From an uncultured archaeon (GTDB lineage Archaea > Thermoplasmatota > Penumbrarchaeia > JASLWR01): 64,000 nucleotides of DNA. Position 1 is the stretch's first letter, and each line of letters begins with the position of its first letter. Made by a program: the position numbers and the translations under genes. The notes under the pieces were generated by a model. The model was not told the origin of the DNA, made no database searches, and saw only the letters and a list, made by a program, of their open reading frames with translations. Location: NCBI GenBank assembly GCA_964342815.1, contig CAYFHS010000007.1, positions 80,754 through 144,753 on the forward strand, written 5' to 3'. Shown here in pieces: positions 51,099-61,129 of this stretch.

Positions 51099-51974
51099 AT
51101 GGAAAAACTGGATAATAAAACAAGAAAGACTATCCTTCGGGCCCAGAAAAATGAAATTACAGAATATCACATTTACAGGAAACTGGCCCACTCAATGAAG
51201 GGACCTTATAACAAAATTATCCTGAACCGTGTTGCTAAGGACGAGATGCGGCATTATCATCTCTGGAAAGAATATTCGGGGGAAAATGTCAAACCCAGTA
51301 AGTTCAATATATGGAAATACTTCATGATCTCAAGGATATTTGGCATAACATTCGGAATCAAAATGATGGAAAGGGGAGAAATTAGTGCCCAGGCCGTTTA
51401 CACAAAGATATGCAAAAAAATACCTGAAACCGAATGTATCCTGCATGATGAGGAAAAACATGAAAAAAAATTGATCGAAATGATCGATGATGACCGGCTA
51501 AAGTACACCGGTTCCATTGTCAGGGGCCTCAATGACGCTCTGGTGGGTATCATGGGGGCCTTGGCAGGCTTCACATTTGCATTCGGTGACCCGAAATTGA
51601 TCGGCTCCATTGGGCTGATCACAGGAATATCCGGCAGTCTCTCAATGGGAGCCTCCGAATATCTGGCATGCAAATCGGAGGAAAGCATAAAACACCCGGT
51701 TAAGGCATCTGCCTACAGTGCAGGCGCATTTCTGATGACCGTGATGTTTCTCATCGCCCCCTATTTTTTTCTGGACAATGTATATATTTCGCTGCCTGTA
51801 ACGGTTTTGATAGCAATATTTCTTATATACGTGTTCAATTTCTACATATCCGTTGCAAAGGACCTATCCTTCAAAAAGAGATTTTTAGAGATGACGGGAA
51901 TAAGTCTGGGAATCGCCGCCTTGACATTTGGTATCGGATTATTAGTCCGGTACTTTTTTAACATCGATTTTTAA
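51099..51974 (+). CDS. VIT1/CCC1-family iron transporter with N-terminal ferritin-like domain
   Basis: EMRH, DEEKHE, GLNDALV, SLSMGASEYL. Confidence 0.9.
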   Translation: MEKLDNKTRKTILRAQKNEITEYHIYRKLAHSMKGPYNKIILNRVAKDEMRHYHLWKEYSGENVKPSKFNIWKYFMISRIFGITFGIKMMERGEISAQAVYTKICKKIPETECILHDEEKHEKKLIEMIDDDRLKYTGSIVRGLNDALVGIMGALAGFTFAFGDPKLIGSIGLITGISGSLSMGASEYLACKSEESIKHPVKASAYSAGAFLMTVMFLIAPYFFLDNVYISLPVTVLIAIFLIYVFNFYISVAKDLSFKKRFLEMTGISLGIAALTFGIGLLVRYFFNIDF

Positions 51975-52219
51975 AAAAACCGAAGCGCGGAAACCAATTG
52001 GTTTGGTAAAGCGAGATATGGGGGCCAATTTCCAAAAAGCAGACCATGTTTTATTCCATTGGCCGGGATGATAATGTTACAGGGTAAATAAAAGCATATG
52101 TTCCTGCCCCCTATCAGTAAATCCGAAAGCGATCGTCGATGCTTGTATAGAACCGTCATTTCGAATCGATCTGTGAAACGAAACTTTCTCACTTTAAGAT
52201 TTGATTTGGCGGATGATAT

Positions 52220-52335
52220 TAATCCTATTGTTCGAAGATTGTTCTACTTGAGTTCGAAAATTGTTCTAATTCAATTCGAAAACTGTTCTACTTGAGTTCG
52301 AAAATCGTCCTAAATGGGTTCGAACATCGTCCTAG
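52220..52335. repeat. 22-bp tandem repeat (about 5 copies) with an 11-bp sub-period, upstream of a promoter
   Basis: TTCGAA at 52231, 52253, 52275, 52297 and 52319; unit approximately TTGTTCTACTTGAGTTCGAAAA. Confidence 0.9.
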
Positions 52336-52412
52336 AAATATTAAATAGTTATAAAAAAATAGATTACTTAGAATCGGAAAAGATCCGAGAAATATAATGA
52401 AAGGTGATAAAA

Positions 52413-53990
52413 ATGAAAAAACGAATGGCAATTTTGACAGGGACCCTTCTTCTAGCGGTCTCCTTTTTCAGCATAGTTTCGGCTATAGATCCTCTCGATG
52501 GCAACGACCCCTATTTGGACCCCGATCACGATGGCGTTTCAAACGTGCAGGAATTCGATTGGGGAACCGATCCGAACAATCCCGACTCTGACAATGATGG
52601 ACTCCCGGATGGTTGGGAGATCCTCTACGGAAGAGGTACCGGTGGACTTTCCGGTCTCGATCCCATGGATCCCACCGATGCCAATGAAGATGCCGATTGG
52701 ATAACAATAAATCAGATACCGGCAGAACAGAATTCCCAGGGGTTGTACACCGGACTGCCCTACACCAATTACGATGAGTATTTCCGACGTAATGCTGATA
52801 ACGCCTGGTCGCCGACAAACCCCCTGAACGGGGATACTGATAGCGATGGAAGACTTGACCCCGACGATGCCTATCCATTAGATTCCAGAAGGCAAGACGA
52901 TATGGGCAATGCCGGGGTAACCGGTGGAAGCGGAGGGGACAGCGACGGGAACGGAATACCTGATGGTACCGAACCGGGAAATCCCAATGCCGACAGTGAT
53001 GGAGACGGCGTCTCAAACGGCCAGGAAGCTCAACAGGGCACCGACCCCGGTAACGCTGACAGCGATGGCGATGGACTTTCCGACGGCCAGGAAGGGCAGA
53101 TGGGAACCGATCCGAACAATCCCGATACCGACGGCGACGGCCTGAGCGATGGTGAAGAAATGGGCCAGGGCGGGGAACCCGGTGAAGGCGAGCCTGGTGA
53201 GGGAGAACCCGGCGAGGGTCCCGGAACTGATCCAATGGATTCCGATTCCGATAATGATGGAATGCCCGACGGTTATGAACAGGCAAACGGATTGGATCCT
53301 ACCGACCCGAGCGATGCAGGGGAAGACCCAGACGGCGACGGTCTAACCAATCTGGAAGAATATCATGCTGGTACGAACCCGAACAACGCAGACTCGGACG
53401 GAGATACCCTTACCGACAGCGAGGAGCTGGATATGGGTACCAATCCGCTTGATCCGGATACCGACCACGACGGCATTATCGATCCGTGGGACCCGAATCC
53501 GCTGGAGTACGATCATCGTATGAAGACCGATGTGGTCCTCAATCTCGTAAACGGGCTGCCCCGGTTCGGGGACGGCGGCGAAGAGAATGACATTGTTCTC
53601 CGAAAGGGCGAAACGATCCTTCTGGAGGTTGAGCTTGGTTTCGAGGATGACCCCGGTACCGCGGCGTTTCCCGAGATCTACCACGACATACCCAACGGAT
53701 GGGGACCTGTGAACATAACGGTCTACTTCAACCAGTCCTCATACGGGCCTGATAACATCCCAAGGACCGCTGATGATGAAATATCGGAAGGTGTTGCCAC
53801 CTCCACCGTGGGCTGGAGTGCCGTGAACAATGTGGTAAGGTCCAGTGGAAACATGAAATATTTCAGGCAGAACATCCAGGTAACTGTCCCCGACAGGGTT
53901 TTTGCAGGAGCTGTTGCCATCGTTCTGCACGCGGACATAGGATACCCTGGTATGTTCAACTACGAAGACAGCTGGACCGTAGTATTATAA
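52413..53990 (+). CDS. Secreted protein with thrombospondin type-3-like Ca-binding repeats (DxDxDG..D..E...GTDP)
   Basis: Signal peptide; many D[ST]DGDGLxDxxE..GT[DN]P repeats; GEPGE x3; SD AAAGGTGA. Confidence 0.85.
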   Translation: MKKRMAILTGTLLLAVSFFSIVSAIDPLDGNDPYLDPDHDGVSNVQEFDWGTDPNNPDSDNDGLPDGWEILYGRGTGGLSGLDPMDPTDANEDADWITINQIPAEQNSQGLYTGLPYTNYDEYFRRNADNAWSPTNPLNGDTDSDGRLDPDDAYPLDSRRQDDMGNAGVTGGSGGDSDGNGIPDGTEPGNPNADSDGDGVSNGQEAQQGTDPGNADSDGDGLSDGQEGQMGTDPNNPDTDGDGLSDGEEMGQGGEPGEGEPGEGEPGEGPGTDPMDSDSDNDGMPDGYEQANGLDPTDPSDAGEDPDGDGLTNLEEYHAGTNPNNADSDGDTLTDSEELDMGTNPLDPDTDHDGIIDPWDPNPLEYDHRMKTDVVLNLVNGLPRFGDGGEENDIVLRKGETILLEVELGFEDDPGTAAFPEIYHDIPNGWGPVNITVYFNQSSYGPDNIPRTADDEISEGVATSTVGWSAVNNVVRSSGNMKYFRQNIQVTVPDRVFAGAVAIVLHADIGYPGMFNYEDSWTVVL

Positions 53991-54050
53991 TATTTTTGGG
54001 ATGCGGGTTTTTGCCCGCATCATTTTTTTCTCTTTTTTGGAGGTAGTAAT

Positions 54051-57000
54051 TTGGCAAGAAATCCCGAGAAATACGTCCTGATAATGGCTCTTTTAATAAT
54101 ATTGATCGTTGTAGCTGCGGTCTTTTCATCAGCTGTTCAAGGAGAACCGTCTAATGAACGAACAACCGAGCGCGGTCGGGCTCCATGGGTTCCGTTCAGG
54201 TCAAGCATTAGCAGTATTAACGTGACTGTGGATATCAATCATTCCTTTACCACCACGGCAATTGAGCAGGTTTTTTACAATCCATTCAGGCGCCCGCTCA
54301 GCGATACTTTCATGTTCAAGGTCCCTCAAGATGCCTTTATTACGAATTTCTCGGTTGAGCTCGATGGTAAGATACATTACGCCGGGCTTATGGAGAAGGC
54401 GAAAGCGGAAGAAAGCTACCGGGATGCCGTGGCAAAGGGGCATTCCGCCGGATTGCTGCTGTCGAGAGATACCAGAAAATTCCCATTCAGCCTCAATTTC
54501 GCTCCCTCCCAGGTCATAAAATGCCGGTTGATATACGAAGAATTCACTTCATTATACCTCGCTCGATACAAATATGATCTGTTCCTGCACGGCATCAACG
54601 GTCACAGAATTGTTCCCAGTCTAAATATCAACATACGTGTAAATTCTCTCGTTCCATTGAGCGGGATTAACGCCACGGGTAATTTTAAAGATCCGCAAAT
54701 TAAGTGGGAATCCCCGGAAAAATGCAATATCATTTTCAGTGAAAACGACGTCAAAAAAATATCCAATCTATTCTTCAGGTTCGAAACCGCAACGCCTCCC
54801 CTTGGCGGGAGGTTAATGAGCTGCGAACGTGATAATAAAACGTATTTTCTTCATCTGTTCTCCCCCACACAGGACAGCCTCGGAGCACTTCCCATAAACA
54901 AGAACATCATCTTCGTGCTGGACAAATCAGGTTCCATGAGCGGAACAAAGATAAAACAGCTCAGATCCGCGTTCTCGGACATAATTCAGTCCCTGGACCG
55001 GAGTGATTCCTTCAACGTGATAATGTTCGACAGCTACATCAAGAAGTACTCGGAAGAGCTGGTCCCCGCATCCGGCGAGAACCGGTCCGGTGCCATCAAA
55101 TATGTAAATAATAAAGTTGCTTCAGGATGTACCAACCTCTACGACGGTACGGCCTTGGCCATGACGCAACTATCGATGGCTTTATCTGAAAATAATTACA
55201 AAATGCCTCTGGTCATAATGCTTACCGATGGTCTCGCGAACCGGGGTGAATTCATTTCGCCCAATTCAATTCGTAATAATATAAGAAAACTGAACGATTT
55301 CGATGCGACCCTGTATTGTCTGGGTTTCGGGGATGACGTGGACTTCGATCTGCTGAATCAGATGGCTCTCGATAACAACGGAATGGCCCGGAAGATCTAC
55401 ACCGACACCGATGCCGTGGAACAGCTGGTGGAATTCTACAGGATGGTCTCCACCCCGCTGATGAGAAATCTGACATTTTCATATTCGGGAAGCGGTATCG
55501 AGGTATACCCGGATAGGATGGATTGTCTTTTCGACGGTTCGGAAGTTATAGTGGCGGGCAGGACTGACGGTGTCATCGAATCCCTGGACTCCACCGTTAC
55601 GGGACAATACAGTGACGGGAGGATCAGTATATCGTCCAATTTCGATATCGAATCCCTGAACGAAAGCGATATCGTCCCACGATTCTGGGCATACAAAAAG
55701 ACAATTCACCTGATGGATCGGATAAGCAGGGAAGGGGAACGGGAGGAATTTGTCGATGAAATAGTGTCCCTGTCGCTGGAGTTCGGTTTCCTCACCAGAT
55801 ACACCGGATTCTTCGTCGATGTTGGCTCTTTCACAGAGGGTAGCGGGTCCTGGAATGGGTACCCGGAAGATTGGGCGGACGATCCCTGGGACCCCGGAAA
55901 CAACGGCGGGAGCAGTGGCTGGGATCCAGGAAATATGGGAACCGATCCCAATAATGAGGACACCGATAACGACGGAATACCCGATTGTATCGATCCGGAT
56001 CCACTGGATTACGGCGGCGATCCAGAGGACTGGGGAAATTACGACTATGATCACAATGGAATACCCGATAACGAAGAACCGGATAATCCCCACGCGGATT
56101 CCGACGGCGACGGCTTGACTAACCGGCAGGAAGCCGAGAACGGGACGGATCCCCTCTACTGGGATACCGACGGTGACGGGATCGGGGACTGGTACGAGGT
56201 GTTTTACGGTTCCGACCCGTGTGACCCTGAATCAACCCCGGACACGGCAGACCCCGATGATGACGGATTGTCGAACATATTTGAGCGGGAACTGGGCACG
56301 AATCCACATGATCCGGATACGGATTCCGACGGATTGGACGACGGGCAAGAACTGGAGTGGCGCACGAATCCCTTCGATCAGGATACCGATAAGGACGGAC
56401 TATCGGATGGCATGGAAATCGATTTTAGCTGTGATCCGCTTTTCGGTGACAGCGACAACGACAGCTTTTCGGATGGATTCGAGGTACTGAGCAGTACAGA
56501 CCCAATGGACCCCCAATCGTTCCCGGTGCCTTCCGATACCGATTGCGACGGACTGTCCGATATCATTGAGCGGGAGATTGGCACCAATCCCTTTGACCCT
56601 GACAGCGACGATGACGGTTTTCTGGACGGGGACGAGGTCAGGGTGGATCATGACCCCCTGGACGCCAGCTCGCATCCGCCTTACTGGGATATGGACTGCA
56701 ACTTCATAATGGATCAATTCGAGCCCGAAAATCCCAATGCGGACAGCGACGGAGACGGCGCGCTCAATGCCCAGGAGACGCAGTACGGCACCGATCTTAT
56801 GGATAAAAATTCCTTTCCCGTTTTTGCGGAAAACGGCGATACCATGGAATCTGCGGATGATAATCGATATATTATGAACCGATTAAATTCAGATGGTGAC
56901 AGCGACGGCTTCTGCGACGCTTTCGATTTTTATCCGTATGATCCGGAAAGGTGGAACGGTCCCGTCGAGCTATGTGACAGGGACGGTGACGGGGTTGCGG

Positions 57001-57662
57001 ATCGGGATGACACGTTTCCATACGATCCTGTTGAATGGGCCGACGCTGACGGTGACGGAATCGGGGACAACCATGACCTATTTCCACTGGATCCGGAGGA
57101 ATGGATGGACACGGATGGCGACGAGCGGGGGGATAACAAGGATGCATTCCCCTTTAACTCATTCGAATGGAGCGATGCCGACGACGACGGTTGGGGTGAC
57201 AATATAGACGATTTTCCAAACAACCCCGACAGATGGGAGGATACCGATGAAATTACTGGCGGAGCCTTCGATGAAAAGACCGCGAGTAAAAAAGGTACGC
57301 TTCTTGATAATCCGTTGATTGCAGGAGACTTCTTGAGTGAGAACGGCGGTGACAACGACCCTATGCTGATCAATCTCGGGCAGTACATTCGTGAGGAAGA
57401 AGAGGATGAATTCGAATCCATTGAAACCAATAATGGAAACTTGAAGCAGGAAAGTTCGTCATCAGGGGATCCCTGGTTCATAATTCTCATAGTCCTTTGG
57501 ATAATAATCGCTGCCGGAGTAGTTGTGATAATCCTTCTCAGTATGAACTCGAAAAGGGAGTCCGATAATCTTGATGAATATCCGGACAAAACCGGGCGGG
57601 TGGTACGGGAAATACCTATAAAAAACAGATACCTGCCCCGTGACCAGTATATCGCAAGATGA
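54051..57662 (+). CDS. VIT + vWA domain surface protein with TSP3-like repeats and a C-terminal TM (ITIH-like)
   Basis: VIT (FTTTAIEQVFYN, FMFKVPQDAFI); vWA MIDAS DKSGS, T and LTDG; FLTRYTGF; Ca-binding repeats; TM WFIILIVLWIIIAAGVVVIILL. Confidence 0.88.
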   Translation: MARNPEKYVLIMALLIILIVVAAVFSSAVQGEPSNERTTERGRAPWVPFRSSISSINVTVDINHSFTTTAIEQVFYNPFRRPLSDTFMFKVPQDAFITNFSVELDGKIHYAGLMEKAKAEESYRDAVAKGHSAGLLLSRDTRKFPFSLNFAPSQVIKCRLIYEEFTSLYLARYKYDLFLHGINGHRIVPSLNINIRVNSLVPLSGINATGNFKDPQIKWESPEKCNIIFSENDVKKISNLFFRFETATPPLGGRLMSCERDNKTYFLHLFSPTQDSLGALPINKNIIFVLDKSGSMSGTKIKQLRSAFSDIIQSLDRSDSFNVIMFDSYIKKYSEELVPASGENRSGAIKYVNNKVASGCTNLYDGTALAMTQLSMALSENNYKMPLVIMLTDGLANRGEFISPNSIRNNIRKLNDFDATLYCLGFGDDVDFDLLNQMALDNNGMARKIYTDTDAVEQLVEFYRMVSTPLMRNLTFSYSGSGIEVYPDRMDCLFDGSEVIVAGRTDGVIESLDSTVTGQYSDGRISISSNFDIESLNESDIVPRFWAYKKTIHLMDRISREGEREEFVDEIVSLSLEFGFLTRYTGFFVDVGSFTEGSGSWNGYPEDWADDPWDPGNNGGSSGWDPGNMGTDPNNEDTDNDGIPDCIDPDPLDYGGDPEDWGNYDYDHNGIPDNEEPDNPHADSDGDGLTNRQEAENGTDPLYWDTDGDGIGDWYEVFYGSDPCDPESTPDTADPDDDGLSNIFERELGTNPHDPDTDSDGLDDGQELEWRTNPFDQDTDKDGLSDGMEIDFSCDPLFGDSDNDSFSDGFEVLSSTDPMDPQSFPVPSDTDCDGLSDIIEREIGTNPFDPDSDDDGFLDGDEVRVDHDPLDASSHPPYWDMDCNFIMDQFEPENPNADSDGDGALNAQETQYGTDLMDKNSFPVFAENGDTMESADDNRYIMNRLNSDGDSDGFCDAFDFYPYDPERWNGPVELCDRDGDGVADRDDTFPYDPVEWADADGDGIGDNHDLFPLDPEEWMDTDGDERGDNKDAFPFNSFEWSDADDDGWGDNIDDFPNNPDRWEDTDEITGGAFDEKTASKKGTLLDNPLIAGDFLSENGGDNDPMLINLGQYIREEEEDEFESIETNNGNLKQESSSSGDPWFIILIVLWIIIAAGVVVIILLSMNSKRESDNLDEYPDKTGRVVREIPIKNRYLPRDQYIAR

Positions 57663-57882
57663 TGGGAAGGATGACTTTGCAATGATTGGCTCGAATTCCC
57701 GTATGGCGGTAAGGACCATTTTTCTTATTTCCTAATTCCAAATAACTCGATGTGCAACAAAAATTCAACCGACCCCGCGGAACTTCTTTTATGCCGTTAG
57801 CGATTTCCGAAAAAATTTCCATGCGAAACTAATTATAATATTCTTTTCAATATTGTTTATATTATTACCAAGCCCGGTGAAG

Positions 57883-59229
57883 ATGATGATGTCTACTAAA
57901 CAAAAGTATCTAAGCGCGGCTGTGATCGCTGGATTGATGGTCATTACTTCAGTTTTCATAGTTAACTTCTCAGTAAACGAACCCGAAGATAAGATTGCTG
58001 AGGAAAAACACGTGGCAAAATGGACCTCCTTCTTCTGGTTATGCGGCGACGGAAATCTCGCTGACTGGAACATGATGCTTTGTAATCTTCATTATCTTGA
58101 GATGGTTGAGAACAGCGAGGACGTAAATCTCATCGGGATACTGGACCGGAAGGAAGATGGTGATACAAAGCTTCTGAAGATCGAAAAAGGAAATTCCACG
58201 GAAATGCCCATCACCCTTATAGACGAGACCTGGACCGACAGCGAACTTAACCTCGGTGACCCGGAACACCTTTTAAAGTTCCTCACCTGGGGTGCCGATA
58301 ATTACCCTGCCGAAAACTACAACATTCATCTCGTGAACCACGGCGGCGGTTGGCGGGGCATGTGCTGGGACGAGAGCTCCAACGATCATCTTTCGCTGCC
58401 GGAGATCAGAGAGGTTTGCGAGGGAATGAAGGAGCACGTGGGGAAGAACGTGGATATCCTGTCCACTGAAGGCTGCCTCGTGGGAATGCTCGAATTCGGG
58501 TATGAACTTCGGGAAAGCGTGGATTACTTCATCGGCGGTTCCACATATGGGTGGGGGGCGGAGGCCGAACCCGATAAGGACATTTGGGATGCCGGGAACT
58601 GGCAGTATGATGAATGCTGGGGCCGCCTTGTGGAAAACCCGTCAATGAGCCCTGAAGAACTTTCACTGGTGATGGTCGAAACATTCAAACCATACGGCCC
58701 CTGGACCGCGCCTCCATTCATACCCAAGGAAGGCTATTCCGACGTTATGGCCGCTTACAATCTATCGAAGATCGAAAATCTGACAACTGCCGTGGATTCC
58801 ATGGCCCGCGAGCTTCTTGGCAAGGTGACCGGCCCTGGCCAGGCCGTGCGTCAGGCGAATCTCATAAACCACGTCATTGGTCATCCTGAACTGCCCGACT
58901 GTCAGTATACGGAGTATTTTTCAGCCCAGATGGACTGGATTGGTTTATCGACATACACGAACTTCGACCTTTACGATTTTGCCCTTCAGCTTTCCAAACC
59001 AGCCTCGGCAACCCTACAAAATTCCCATTCGGATGACGTTATGCAGCTGGTGGAAGAGACCGTAATGGCTTACAGGAACGTGGAAGCCGACGGCGGGCAC
59101 CCCGATGCTCACGGTATTTCCATCTACATACCGTACAGGTCATCGGAATACAATCCCGATTACGAGGAGATACAATTCGCACAGGACACCCAGTGGGACG
59201 AGTTTATAAAAGCAGTCCACTGGACGTGA
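57883..59229 (+). CDS. Clostripain-family (peptidase C11) cysteine protease
   Basis: WGADNYPAENY, NHGGGW (His), TEGCLVGMLE (Cys), HGISIYIP, WDEF. Confidence 0.88.
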   Translation: MMMSTKQKYLSAAVIAGLMVITSVFIVNFSVNEPEDKIAEEKHVAKWTSFFWLCGDGNLADWNMMLCNLHYLEMVENSEDVNLIGILDRKEDGDTKLLKIEKGNSTEMPITLIDETWTDSELNLGDPEHLLKFLTWGADNYPAENYNIHLVNHGGGWRGMCWDESSNDHLSLPEIREVCEGMKEHVGKNVDILSTEGCLVGMLEFGYELRESVDYFIGGSTYGWGAEAEPDKDIWDAGNWQYDECWGRLVENPSMSPEELSLVMVETFKPYGPWTAPPFIPKEGYSDVMAAYNLSKIENLTTAVDSMARELLGKVTGPGQAVRQANLINHVIGHPELPDCQYTEYFSAQMDWIGLSTYTNFDLYDFALQLSKPASATLQNSHSDDVMQLVEETVMAYRNVEADGGHPDAHGISIYIPYRSSEYNPDYEEIQFAQDTQWDEFIKAVHWT

Positions 59230-59635
59230 ACTTCATTTTTTTATCTATTTTGAAGGTTCAGAGAAGGAACCCAGACCCGCGTCGACCTGACCCTATTTTA
59301 AACAGGGGATGACGGATAGAGCCAGGGTCTTATCTGTGGATACCGGATACTTTTCAGATGCTTCAACTTTCAAACTCACTTTCACTCCTTCTTACTTTTT
59401 TTTTTATCCTACAACGTACGATCCAAACGTAATTCGTCGGAAGAACTCTATCCGCATTCACTACCCGAATCTCCACCACTGGCCCCTCATCAGAATTCAA
59501 TTTTACCGAATCATTATATAAAAACTTTACTTTCACTGACCTCTCCCCCCCGTTAACGTTTTAATAATATCATCCTGAATAAGGGTATATAAGAATTACA
59601 GAATCGAAGAGCAAATCGGAACGCGGTGGTGAAGA

Positions 59636-60811
59636 ATGAATCCCGAGATTACTATTTGCATATTACCGGACAACCGGATGATAACAATGTTTCCCTACAA
59701 TTCCCTATACAATGCAAAGATGCGATGCATCGAGGGTTCACGATGGCACGAGACTGGCAAGTTTTGGAGCTTACCGTACGAAGAGAATGTACTTGAAAAA
59801 ATAAAGGAAAAATTCAGTCGACAGAATATTATCATCGACTATTCTCTGGCAGAGCAGCCGCAGGTAAACGAAAGACAAACAAACGGAGCCTGGTGGAAAG
59901 AGATAAAGGAAACCGCAAAGAAGGAGCTTATGCTCAGGGGCTACAGTCCAAGGACCAGGCGGGTGTATATGGATCACATAAGACGCTTCTCTTTCTATCT
60001 GGAGAAGTCACAAAAAAATCTGGGAGCGGAGGTGGTTCACGATTACCTGATGAACCTCCTTGAGCGAAAGAAAGCGGTCCTATCATATTACAACGTCGCC
60101 GTCAGTTCATTGAAGTTCCTCTTCAGGTACGTTGTGAAACTGGACGAGGTCTGGCGCTCTATAGAAAGGCCCAAGCCGGAACACAGACTTCCAACAGTCA
60201 TGTCCAGAGATGAGGTAATGAGATTTCTTCTTGCACAGCGCGATCTCAAGTACAAAGCCATTTTCATGCTTGTTTACTCATCAGGTATCCGGGTCGGTGA
60301 AGCGGTAAAGCTAAGAGTGGAGGATATTGATGGGGATCGGAAGATGCTTCGAGTCAGAGGTGGGAAAGGAAGGAAAGATCGGTACACCATACTCTCCACG
60401 GTGGCGCTTCAAGCGTTCTCTGACTATTTAGAAGCCTACCATCCTGAAGGAAAATGGCTTTTTCCCGGAAGAAACGAAGGGAAACACCTCACCCCAAGGG
60501 CAATAGAGATAATGTTCAAGGAAGTGGCAAAACGTGCTAAGATAAAAACGGACGCAACGGTTCACACGTTAAGGCACAGTTTCGCCACCCATCTTATTGA
60601 GCGCGGGATAAACCTGAGATACGTTCAAGAGATGCTCGGTCATCGTAAACCGGAAACAACCCAGATCTACACACACGTGTCGCGAAAGGACATGGCGGGG
60701 ATAGAGAGTCCATTGGACAGTATCTTCGCTGTGGAAAAGAATTTGAAAAATGAAAAAACTGTACGTGAAATACGAGAATCACGACATTTCGACGAAAATG
60801 AGGTTCATTAA
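59636..60811 (+). CDS. IntI-related tyrosine recombinase lacking the IntI-specific insertion, with an extra N-terminal domain
   Basis: SAM-like LRGYSPRTRRVY; catalytic R (SGIRVGE), K (GGKGRKDR), HTLRH, LGH and Y (TTQIYTHV); IntI-like SPLD tail. Only 60 aa lie between KDR and HTLRH. SD GGTGGTGA. Confidence 0.9.
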   Translation: MNPEITICILPDNRMITMFPYNSLYNAKMRCIEGSRWHETGKFWSLPYEENVLEKIKEKFSRQNIIIDYSLAEQPQVNERQTNGAWWKEIKETAKKELMLRGYSPRTRRVYMDHIRRFSFYLEKSQKNLGAEVVHDYLMNLLERKKAVLSYYNVAVSSLKFLFRYVVKLDEVWRSIERPKPEHRLPTVMSRDEVMRFLLAQRDLKYKAIFMLVYSSGIRVGEAVKLRVEDIDGDRKMLRVRGGKGRKDRYTILSTVALQAFSDYLEAYHPEGKWLFPGRNEGKHLTPRAIEIMFKEVAKRAKIKTDATVHTLRHSFATHLIERGINLRYVQEMLGHRKPETTQIYTHVSRKDMAGIESPLDSIFAVEKNLKNEKTVREIRESRHFDENEVH

Positions 60812-60887
60812 TATATTCCATACCAGATTCTTGACAATCAAGTGGTTGAGGAAGAGTTTTTTTCGCAGAATACGGGGATATACCGGT

Positions 60888-60927
60888 TTTTACGAACTTT
60901 CTAGTCGGCAATAGGGGAGTTATGCGT
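60888..60927 (+). other. attI-like primary recombination site, predicted crossover G60919|TT
   Basis: GTTATGC core 108 bp after the recombinase stop, complementary to the first attC R''. Upstream TACGAACT and GGCAAT-agggga-GTT form a degenerate simple site. Confidence 0.6.
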
Positions 60928-61129
60928 AATTTAACACACCCCACCCAGGCACACCCGATTTGAATTGTCCTTCTTTAGAGGGATAATGGGGATCCAAGAT
61001 ATAACGAAGAAGAGTTTGAATTATCCGCTATCATTTCAGGCATCCCTGATGAGGGATGGCCTGAACTGGTGAAGAAATTGTCCGCTTGTAGCAGATTTTA
61101 TATGGCAGTTTAGCGATAAGGATGACGAG

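Noticed and set aside
52220-52335. Possible CRISPR or mini-CRISPR
   Set aside because: Contiguous 22-bp units with no spacers.
56930-57682. 250-aa minus-strand ORF, and similar long antisense ORFs such as 36328-37098 and 52483-53286
   Set aside because: Shadow or alternate frames of well-supported repetitive genes, with no recognisable motifs.
59636-60811. Calling the gene intI or xerA/xerC
   Set aside because: It lacks the IntI insertion, and its N-terminal architecture and cassette context do not fit a chromosome-dimer-resolving Xer; no symbol assigned.
60831-60860. Bacterial sigma70 Pc promoter (TTGACA)
   Set aside because: No -10 element at 16-18 bp, and the host appears archaeal.
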